DNA of 32,000 bases, from assembly GCF_014396165.1 (NCBI RefSeq), contig NZ_CP060715.1, positions 1,320,001 through 1,352,000 of the forward strand, given 5' to 3'. Below the pieces are notes generated by a model that was given only the letters and a program-made list of their open reading frames with translations, was not told the origin of the DNA and made no database searches. Shown here in pieces: positions 24,927 through 32,000 of this stretch. A program made the position numbers and the translations under genes. Within the stretch, counting starts at the first letter, position 1, and every line of letters begins with the position of its first letter. This stretch comes from Erysipelothrix inopinata (GTDB lineage: Bacteria > Bacillota_I > Bacilli_A > Erysipelotrichales > Erysipelotrichaceae).

Positions 24927-27614
24927 ATGAAGAAAACGAGTATCGTATTGACGTGTATTGCCCTGTTAAGTTCTGGAACTTATCTATCTGTAAATGCTCA
25001 AACTGAAAATGTAAATGCTGAGCAAACTTTGGTAGAAACTAAAGAAGAAAATCAGGTACCGGTTGAAAAGACTCAGTTAATTTCTAATACTGAAACACAA
25101 GAAAATTTAGAATTAGAGATGAATGAGGAGTCAGAACCAATAAATAATGAAGAATTCAAAGCAGTTGAGGAAGCAGTCTCAACGATTGCATCTGCAGAAA
25201 TAGCGCCTGTAGAAACTGAATTAGAACTCAAAGATAAGTTAAATTCAGCTCAGGATGATGCTGTAATTATCATTAAAGGTGGTATTACATTGCAGCTTAC
25301 ATCGCCATTGATAGTAAATAGTGGAAAAATGACCTCACTAACTATTAAATCAAGTGATGGACAGCCAGTAACACTTAAAAATAATATAGGTCAGAGACAT
25401 ATACAAATTATTGGTGACAATGATACTAATATAAAATTCGAATACATCACTCTTTCTGGGAATGAAGATGCTATCGGTGGAGGTATTCTATACGATACAA
25501 ATCATTCTCATAAACTTACCGGACTAACGATTGCGAATAACACAATAAAGTTTAGTGCCTGGGAAGAGGGATTTATTAAAGTTAAAACCCAAAATTCTAA
25601 GTTCACATTAGAGAATGTTAATTTTGAAAACAATAAAATTATAAATTGGAAAGACGGTACCGGTGCAGCAGTACTTCTATTTGATACAAAAAATGTTGAA
25701 ATTCAACTGAACAATATTAATTTTAATCAAAATATTACCGCAAACCAACAAGGATCACCAATTGTTGCTTATCTGTCAGATGGCTCACTTAACGCAAATA
25801 ATGTAACAATGAACCAAAATAAAGGTGCTGGATATTCTGGTGGACTCTACTTTTCAGGACGAGGAAATGCACGTTTTGATCTAACAAACTCGAAATTTGA
25901 AGGGAATATTGCGGATTATCAAGGTGGAGCTTTAGGAGTGTCTCTAAAGAATCAATCAGTTGCTTATGTATCAAATACTACATTTGAAGGAAACTTTGGT
26001 AAACGAGGCGGCGGTGCTATTCTTGCAGAGATGGAAAGCGACGCATCCGTATTTGAAATCGAAAATTCAAAATTCGTAAATAATAAAACTAGTAGATTAG
26101 ATTATAATCATGAAACAGGTGTTGAGACTGGTGAACAAAGTGAAGGTGGCGCTGTTTCAATTATCCAAAAATCAAACAGCGGAAACATCAAAATTGGTAA
26201 ATCACAGTTTTCAAATAATGAATCTCATTCTGGTGGTGCTCTTTATATACGCCTCGATAGTAATGCAGAAACTCAAACGCTCATTACAGATTCAATATTT
26301 GAGAACAATACAGCCGATTTTCGAGGTGGAGCACTTCAACTTAATAATAATGATACACCAAACGTATCTTACACTATAAAAGATACGATCATTCGTGGCA
26401 ATGTGAATACTGGAAAAGATTTCGGTCCAGGATACTATGAAGGTGGTCAAGGTGGCGGTATCTATATTGATGATCTTCAAGATAATTTTGCAGCATTAAA
26501 ACTTGAAAATACTACGTTTGATGATAATCATTCGCCATTTCCACTTGTTTGGCATTATGATTCCCAAGTCGAAGACGCACTAAACCAAGGATATAGAGAT
26601 AATGTTATTAATTCTACGACAACAACAAAACCTTATGACCGGTTTATCGAAAGTTATGATAACGTCTATAATGGAGACGATGTATTTTATGATTACTCTG
26701 CATTAACTTATTACCACATAGCAGATGAAAATATTAATGTCGAAAATTACAATGCGAAACAATATGTATTTTCTCTAGTGAATCAGTTAAATGTGAAACC
26801 TATAGATCCTATTGCGAAAGGATACAAATTCTTAGGATGGTATACAGAAGAGAATGAAAAATGGGATTTTGAAGCAAGCAAAACAACAGAAAATATTGTG
26901 AACTTATATGCGCGTTTCGAAGAAGAAAAAGAATATACTGTTCAATTTGATAGTCAAGGTGGAACATTAGTTGATTCAATTCAAAATATTAAAGAAAATT
27001 CTCGAATTACTCAACCTGAATCGCCGCTTCGTGAAGGGTACTCATTTACAGGTTGGTATACCGATACTACTTTGAGTACTCCTTGGATATTTGAGGAAGA
27101 TGTAGTTACAGACAATCTTGTTCTTTATGCAGCTTGGAGTAAAAATCCAGAAATAAGATTTAATGTAACATTTGATTCTAACGGAGGAAGTCTTATTGAG
27201 GGTTATAAAAATATCACTCGTGGATCACTTATTGAAAAACCATTAAATCCTACTAAAGAAGGTTATAAATTTATTGGCTGGTCTAAAAGCATTGAGTTAG
27301 ATTCACTATGGCAATTTGATAACGAAACTGTAACAAAAGACATTATTCTTTATGCAAAATGGGAAAAGAATGATCCAGTAGATCCAGTAGATCCAGTAGA
27401 TCCAGTAGATCCAGTAGATCCAATCGATCCGGTAAAACCTGTTGAACCTACTGACCCTGTAGAACAAGACGATAAAACAATCAAAGTTGAAAAAACAGAT
27501 GAACTTCCAAGTACAGGTATCAATGATCCCCAAGCAATTCAAGTAATTATAATTTTATCTGGATTTCTACTTGTAATAACGTCATTAAAATCGAAACGAA
27601 ATTCTCAAAACTAA
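24927..27614 (+). CDS. LPXTG-anchored surface protein with a Pmp-like (GGA[ILV]/FxxN) beta-helix region, three Listeria-Bacteroides (Flg_new) repeats and a DPV-repeat stalk
   Basis: I prefer ATG 24927 (GGAGGA RBS). The signal peptide is MKKTSIVLTCIALLSSGTYLSVNA. Paired motifs recur about six times (FEGNIADYQGGALGV, FEGNFGKRGGGAIL, FSNNESHSGGALYI, FENNTADFRGGALQL and others). There are three GY.F.GWY...W.F repeats. (DPV)n is followed by LPSTG (27504-27518), a hydrophobic helix and a KSKRN tail. Confidence 0.85.
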   Translation: MKKTSIVLTCIALLSSGTYLSVNAQTENVNAEQTLVETKEENQVPVEKTQLISNTETQENLELEMNEESEPINNEEFKAVEEAVSTIASAEIAPVETELELKDKLNSAQDDAVIIIKGGITLQLTSPLIVNSGKMTSLTIKSSDGQPVTLKNNIGQRHIQIIGDNDTNIKFEYITLSGNEDAIGGGILYDTNHSHKLTGLTIANNTIKFSAWEEGFIKVKTQNSKFTLENVNFENNKIINWKDGTGAAVLLFDTKNVEIQLNNINFNQNITANQQGSPIVAYLSDGSLNANNVTMNQNKGAGYSGGLYFSGRGNARFDLTNSKFEGNIADYQGGALGVSLKNQSVAYVSNTTFEGNFGKRGGGAILAEMESDASVFEIENSKFVNNKTSRLDYNHETGVETGEQSEGGAVSIIQKSNSGNIKIGKSQFSNNESHSGGALYIRLDSNAETQTLITDSIFENNTADFRGGALQLNNNDTPNVSYTIKDTIIRGNVNTGKDFGPGYYEGGQGGGIYIDDLQDNFAALKLENTTFDDNHSPFPLVWHYDSQVEDALNQGYRDNVINSTTTTKPYDRFIESYDNVYNGDDVFYDYSALTYYHIADENINVENYNAKQYVFSLVNQLNVKPIDPIAKGYKFLGWYTEENEKWDFEASKTTENIVNLYARFEEEKEYTVQFDSQGGTLVDSIQNIKENSRITQPESPLREGYSFTGWYTDTTLSTPWIFEEDVVTDNLVLYAAWSKNPEIRFNVTFDSNGGSLIEGYKNITRGSLIEKPLNPTKEGYKFIGWSKSIELDSLWQFDNETVTKDIILYAKWEKNDPVDPVDPVDPVDPVDPIDPVKPVEPTDPVEQDDKTIKVEKTDELPSTGINDPQAIQVIIILSGFLLVITSLKSKRNSQN
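27372..27434 (+). repeat. In-frame 9-bp tandem repeat: GATCCAGTA x5 perfect plus 2 degenerate units, encoding DPV
   Basis: I counted five identical units at 27372-27416, followed by GATCCAATC and GATCCGGTA. Every unit contains GATC. Confidence 0.95.
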
Positions 27615-27637
27615 AACACCTAAGGGTGTTTTTTTTT
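27615..27637 (+). terminator. Rho-independent terminator after the Pmp-like gene
   Basis: ACACC (27616-27620) pairs with GGTGT (27625-27629) around a 4-nt loop, followed by a T9 run. Confidence 0.8.
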
Positions 27638-27890
27638 ATCTGAAGAACCAATTACTTTAAGTTAATTGTGATATATTTGCTTTTTTTAACAAATTTTAAA
27701 ACTATTTTGTTTTCTCACTCGTTAATACAGTGTGAGGTGATAAATATTTTATAAGGGGAAATAATGTTAAAAGGCTTTGTTAAAGGGTGTGAATACACTT
27801 GCTATTTATATCACATAACTTTGACAGTCAAAATAATTTTATTTGAAAATATTCAGGCATATAATAAAAAAATAAATGAGGAGGATTGTA

Positions 27891-30800
27891 ATGTCGAAGA
27901 AAAAAATATTAAAAGTATTTCTTTCTTTTTCCATAATGCTAGTGTTAATCATTAATACAGTTGGAATTAGAGTAAATGCTGAAAGCACTCCGAAAGAGCT
28001 CAATCAAATGGGCTTTGTTGATCAAATAACCATGACACCTAATGAACTCACTTATGGTGAGCATACGAAGATAAGTGTTACATTTTCAGAAAAGAACTTC
28101 ACAATTAACCCAGGAGATACATTAACTTTAATGCATCCGGAAAATATCGGTCTTTTTGATTTTGATAAACCAACAATTGATTTATCAGATTCAGCTTCTG
28201 GAAAAGTTTATGCTACGGCAGAGGTTAGTCCTGATAAAAATAGCGTCATCATCACATTCAACGAAAATGTGAAAATGTTTAGTGAATTCCAAGGTGAATT
28301 TTATTTTTCTGGTAGAGCAGGATTTGTAGGTCCAGACGATCAAGAAGAATGGTCAAACTACCGTGTTGACTATAAAACTGATTTAGGTACTGATGCTCCT
28401 AAGGTTGATTATTCTATTACGACTTCAATGGTTATTGGAACCAACCCGTTTGTTTATAAAACGAATGGATCGATATGGCCAACTAACCGAGGTTATGTTG
28501 CATGGAATATAAGTATTAACCGAGATCAGAATTTATTTTTATCTGACTTATATGTCGTAGATGAATTCAGTGAAGGACAAGAATTTGCTTTAGAAAATGA
28601 AAACCTGCCATTGAGCATTAATAATTTGGATTCCTTAAGAACCTATATCCAAATGATAGATGAAAAAGATGGTGATGCGAGAAGACTAACTATTTCCGAA
28701 TTTGTTGAAAAAGGATATGGTAAGTTCACGATTGATCCAAATAACTCACGTAAGTTTGAATTCATTGTCTATAAAGATAAAATTTCACCAACTCAAAAAG
28801 TAGGGTTAAACTATCAGACAAAAATAACGAGTGCTGGTAAGTTTATGCCTAAATTTTATAATTCAGCAATTTCAAAATGGACTCTTGCAGATGGTACACC
28901 TCAGGTTAGGGAAGATTTAGATAGAGAAGCTGATAATATTTTTGAAGGCGGGATTGTGGCACCTAAAAAAGGAACTCTTAGAATTGTAAAAACTATTAAT
29001 GACAACGGTAAGAGTGAACAATTAGGAGAAGTAACATTCAAGATGTTCCATGAAGATGGAACTCCAGTCGCTAAACTTGAAAATATTGTTTTAAAAACCA
29101 ACTCAAGTGGAGTTTTCGATACACCTGTACTTGATCAAGGTAAATACTATATAACAGAAATTAGTGCACCTGATTACGCAACATTTGATCCAAATGAAAA
29201 ATTTCCTTTTGAGATTAAAGATGCGGATTTAATTGGGATTTCACTTGTAGTTCCTAACGGTTTAACTAAGCAATCAATTAATGTTGAAAAACAATGGTTT
29301 GATAAAGAAACTACTCATAATTCCATTACTGTTGACCTTCTTGCAAATAGTGTGAAAATCGATACAGTAGAACTTAAAGAAGGAAAATGGAGTCACGAAT
29401 TTATCAATCTTCCCACTCACACTCTAAAAGGTGAAAAAATTAATTATACTGTTGAAGAATCGCCAGTAAATGGGTACAAATCTGTTGTAGTTGGTAATGA
29501 AACAGATGGATTCATTATAGAAAACAGACTTAACGGTCAAATTGGAGCAGAGAAAAAAGCAAGTAAGGGTACTGTCAACGTTGGTGATAAATTCAACTAT
29601 ACAATTGTAGCTAAAAATATTGTCGAAGACAGTAGTCCATTGAACAACGTTTCAATCAAAGATATTCTCCCTGAGGGAATCGAATTTACTGATTCAATCG
29701 TTTATGTTGATGGTGTCGCTCAAGACAGCGTTGTAAGTGGACGTGGCTTTGAGGTTATCATCCCATCATTAGCATTTGGTAAAGATGTGGAAGTAACATT
29801 TGAAGTAATTGCAACCGGATCTAAATTAGAAACTGTTGTAAATAAAGCTACAGTTACAAATCCAGAAGACCCAACGAATCCAATCGAACCTGAGGTTCCA
29901 GTAGTCGTGACTCCAGATAAAGCGGTCGTTACGGCTGAAAAACTCGTCTCAAAAGATACGGTGAGCGTCAATGAAAAGTTCAACTATACTATCAAAGTAA
30001 GTAACACAACTGCAACGTCATTACCAGTAGAAAATGTATCAGTTAAGGATACATTACCTGAAGGCATTGAGTTTACTGATTCAATTGTTTATGTTGACGG
30101 TGTAGCTCAAGAGGGTGTTGTAAATGGGCGTGGCTTCGAAGTCAACATTCCATCATTAGCTTATGGTAAAAATGTGGAAATAACATTTGAAGTAAATGTA
30201 ACAGGATCCAAACTAGAAACTGTCGTAAATAAGGCTACAGTTACAAATCCTGAAGATCCAACAAATCCAATTGAACCGGAAGTTCCAGTAGTTGTGACCC
30301 CTGACAAGGCGGTTATCACAGCTAAAAAGCTGGTATCAAAAGATACTGTCAACGTGAATGAAAAGTTCAATTATACTATTAAAGTAAGCAACACAACTGC
30401 AACGTCATTACCTGTCGAAAATGTATCAATTAAAGATACATTACCAGAGGGCATTGAGTTTACTGATTCCATCATCTATGTTGATGGTGTCGCTCAAGAC
30501 GGTGTCGTAAATGGACGTAGTTTTGAAGTTATTATTCCTTCGTTAGCTTATAGCAAAGACGTGGAAATAACGTTTGAAGTAATCGCAACAGGATCCAAGC
30601 TAGAAACTGTGGTTAATAAGGCTACAGTTACAAATCCAGAAGATCCGACGAATCCAATTGAACCGGAAGTTCCAGTAGTTGTGACACCGGATAAAGCGAA
30701 TATTTATGCAGAGAAATTAGTTGATAAAGCAGTTGTTAATGTTAATGAAAAATTCAACTACTCCATCAAAGTAAGCAACACAATAGCAACGTCATTACCT

Positions 30801-31283
30801 GTAGAAAATGTATCAATTAAAGATATATTACCAGAAGGCATTGAGTTTACAGATACTATCGTTTATGTTGATGGTGTAGCACAAGAAGGTGTCATAAATG
30901 GACGCAGTTTCGAAGTTATTATTCCGTCACTATCCTATGGTAAAGATGTGGAAGTAACGTTTGAGGTAATCGCAACAGGAAGCAAACTTGGTGGAATTGT
31001 AAATAAGGCTACAGTTACAAATCCTGAAGATCCAACAAATCCAATTGAACCTGAAGTTCCAGTAGTTGTGACACCTGACAAAGCGGTTATCACAGCCGAA
31101 AAACTGGTGTCAAAAGATACTGTCAATGTGAATGAAAAGTTCAATTATACTATCAAAGTAAGTAACACAACTGCAACATCACTACCTGTCGAAAATGTAT
31201 CAATTAAAGATACATTACCAGAGGGCATTGAGTTTACTGATTCCATCATCTATGTTGACGGGGTAGCATACGAGGGGTCGTGA
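27891..31283 (+). CDS. Large surface adhesin, upstream part: signal peptide, Cna/collagen-binding-like A region, two Cna-B/SpaA-type domains, then DUF11-type repeats; ends at a premature TGA
   Basis: I prefer ATG 27891, because the ATG at 27876 in the track lies within the GAGGAGG RBS. The signal peptide is MSKKKILKVFLSFSIMLVLIINTVGIRVNA. Cna-B-like segments are GTLRIVKT...YYITEISAP and INVEKQWFDK...YTVEESPVNGY. Repeated units read KFNYTIKVSNT...LPEGIEF. Confidence 0.85.
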   Translation: MSKKKILKVFLSFSIMLVLIINTVGIRVNAESTPKELNQMGFVDQITMTPNELTYGEHTKISVTFSEKNFTINPGDTLTLMHPENIGLFDFDKPTIDLSDSASGKVYATAEVSPDKNSVIITFNENVKMFSEFQGEFYFSGRAGFVGPDDQEEWSNYRVDYKTDLGTDAPKVDYSITTSMVIGTNPFVYKTNGSIWPTNRGYVAWNISINRDQNLFLSDLYVVDEFSEGQEFALENENLPLSINNLDSLRTYIQMIDEKDGDARRLTISEFVEKGYGKFTIDPNNSRKFEFIVYKDKISPTQKVGLNYQTKITSAGKFMPKFYNSAISKWTLADGTPQVREDLDREADNIFEGGIVAPKKGTLRIVKTINDNGKSEQLGEVTFKMFHEDGTPVAKLENIVLKTNSSGVFDTPVLDQGKYYITEISAPDYATFDPNEKFPFEIKDADLIGISLVVPNGLTKQSINVEKQWFDKETTHNSITVDLLANSVKIDTVELKEGKWSHEFINLPTHTLKGEKINYTVEESPVNGYKSVVVGNETDGFIIENRLNGQIGAEKKASKGTVNVGDKFNYTIVAKNIVEDSSPLNNVSIKDILPEGIEFTDSIVYVDGVAQDSVVSGRGFEVIIPSLAFGKDVEVTFEVIATGSKLETVVNKATVTNPEDPTNPIEPEVPVVVTPDKAVVTAEKLVSKDTVSVNEKFNYTIKVSNTTATSLPVENVSVKDTLPEGIEFTDSIVYVDGVAQEGVVNGRGFEVNIPSLAYGKNVEITFEVNVTGSKLETVVNKATVTNPEDPTNPIEPEVPVVVTPDKAVITAKKLVSKDTVNVNEKFNYTIKVSNTTATSLPVENVSIKDTLPEGIEFTDSIIYVDGVAQDGVVNGRSFEVIIPSLAYSKDVEITFEVIATGSKLETVVNKATVTNPEDPTNPIEPEVPVVVTPDKANIYAEKLVDKAVVNVNEKFNYSIKVSNTIATSLPVENVSIKDILPEGIEFTDTIVYVDGVAQEGVINGRSFEVIIPSLSYGKDVEVTFEVIATGSKLGGIVNKATVTNPEDPTNPIEPEVPVVVTPDKAVITAEKLVSKDTVNVNEKFNYTIKVSNTTATSLPVENVSIKDTLPEGIEFTDSIIYVDGVAYEGS

Positions 31284-32000
31284 GTGGCCATGGCTTCGAA
31301 GTTATCATTCCATCATTAGCTTATGATAAAGACGTAGAAGTAACGTTTGAAGTAATCGCAACAGGATCCAAGCTAGAAACTGTGGTTAATAAGGCTACAG
31401 TTACAAATCCAGAAGATCCGACGAATCCAATTGAACCAGAGGTTCCGGTAATCGTGACTCCAGACAAAGGTAAAATCGTGGCTGAGAAGATTGTAAATAA
31501 AGATACAATTTCAGTTAATGAAACATTTATCTATTCTATTAAAGTCAAGAATATTGTAAAAACATCGTTACCTATGAAAAATATCGTTGTTAAGGATAGT
31601 CTTCCAGAAGGTATATCATTTACAGATAAAATTATTTACGTGAATGGCGTAGCTAAGACAGGACTAATAAATGGTGTTGATTTTGAAGTAGTAATTCCAT
31701 CCTTAGCTTATGGTGAAGAAATTGTAGTTTCCTTTGAAACTAAAGCGTCGGGTAGTAAAATAGGAGAAACAATAAACAAAGCTAAAGTAGTGAACCCAGA
31801 AGATCCAACGAATCCAATTGAACCAGAGGTTCCAGTAGTTGTGACTCCGGATAAAGCGGTTATCACAGCTGAAAAACTGGTGTCAAAGGACACTGTCAAT
31901 GTGAATGAAAAGTTCAATTATACTATCAAAGTAAGTAACATAACTGCAACGTCATTACCTGTCGAAAACGTATCTGTTAAGGATACATTACCAGAAGGCA
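29547..32000 (+). repeat. Tandem 387-bp (129-aa) coding repeats, at least 7 units (DUF11-like domain plus the invariant linker NPEDPTNPIEPEVPVVVTPDK)
   Basis: The landmark AATGAAAAGTTC (GGTGATAAATTC in unit 1) recurs at 29583, 29970, 30357, 30744, 31131, 31517 and 31904. Spacings are 387 nt except one of 386, which is the unit carrying the frameshift. Confidence 0.95.
31277..32000 (+). CDS. Continuation of the same adhesin in the -1 frame (open to the window end; 3' end and sorting signal are outside the window)
   Basis: From 31277 the frame reads VVSGHGFEVIIPSLAYDKDVEVTFEVIATGSKLETVVNKATVTNPEDPTNPIEPEVP... It is collinear with the preceding repeat units and has no stop through position 32000. 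Confidence 0.8.

Noticed and set aside
27306-27542. A minus-strand ORF encoding YWIYWIYWIYWIYWI.
   Set aside because: It is the antisense reading of the GATCCAGTA tandem repeat inside the Pmp-like gene and is not an independent gene.
27821-27831. The palindrome TTGACAGTCAA upstream of the adhesin gene, considered as a CtsR box or operator and as the -35 of a promoter.
   Set aside because: CtsR sites are direct GGTCAAA heptad repeats, whereas this is an inverted pair. The -10 candidates at the right spacing (TGAAAA/GAAAAT) are weak, and the perfect TATAAT at 27860-27865 lacks a -35. I could not support a specific promoter or operator call.
27764-27955. A 63-aa + strand ORF overlapping the adhesin start.
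   Set aside because: It has no RBS, lies in an AT-rich promoter region, and overlaps the well-supported adhesin start (GAGGAGG RBS plus ATG 27891) in another frame.
31281-31283. TGA read as Trp (Mollicutes-type code 4), which would rescue the adhesin ORF.
   Set aside because: Reading through TGA in the original frame gives unrelated sequence (VAMASKLSFHH) and hits TAG 11 codons later. TGA also serves as a genuine stop for the aldolase-family gene (1107-1109) and the GH2 gene (15858-15860). Only a frame change restores the repeat sequence.
29720-31917. Four minus-strand ORFs of 69-87 aa (29720-29983, 30161-30370, 30935-31144, 31708-31917) with near-identical sequences (MNFSFTLTVSFDTSF...).
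   Set aside because: They recur at the adhesin repeat register (offsets are multiples of the 387-bp unit, one unit skipped), so they are antisense shadows of the adhesin repeats. They have no RBS or promoter, and their similarity to each other is explained by the sense-strand repeat.
27372-32000. The regular repeats (9-bp and 387-bp) considered as a possible CRISPR array or mobile-element termini.
   Set aside because: Both are in-frame coding repeats with no unique spacers of CRISPR size, and there are no cas, transposase or integrase genes in the window.

Overview
This is a visibly AT-rich chromosomal segment from a low-GC Gram-positive bacterium (Bacillota). All genes but one lie on the + strand. 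Supporting signals are two T-box leaders, a CIRCE element, a cre-like box, sigma-A promoters and LPXTG sorting signals. The hypothetical-tig-lon order without clpX tentatively suggests an Erysipelotrichia/Mollicutes-related lineage. Content in order: (1) the 3' end of a sugar-acid/amino-sugar catabolic operon (SelA/DgaE-like fragment, KDGP-aldolase-family protein, PfkB/KDG-kinase-like protein). (2) A membrane-anchored G5+CAP protein. (3) A hypothetical gene followed by tig-lon-engB behind a CIRCE-overlapped promoter. (4) A LacI-regulated galactoside locus (mglBAC-type ABC transporter, small membrane ORF, cytoplasmic GH2 glycosidase, Maa/LacA-type acetyltransferase, galK, galM). (5) A T-box leader and an asnS gene split by a 1-nt deficit. 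(6) The only minus-strand gene, an orphan ATP-grasp enzyme. (7) A Val-type T-box driving a RimJ/RimL-like GNAT translationally overlapped with valS. (8) Two large cell-surface proteins: a Pmp-like beta-helix LPXTG protein, and a Cna/DUF11-type adhesin with at least 7 tandem 387-bp units that runs off the window and carries a second 1-nt deficit. I found no rRNA or tRNA genes, CRISPR array, transposase, integrase or recognisable defence system. The most unusual items are the T-box-GNAT-valS operon next to the orphan ATP-grasp gene, CIRCE in front of tig, the two G-run frameshifts, and the surface-protein pair. All family assignments come from motif recognition by eye, not from database searches.
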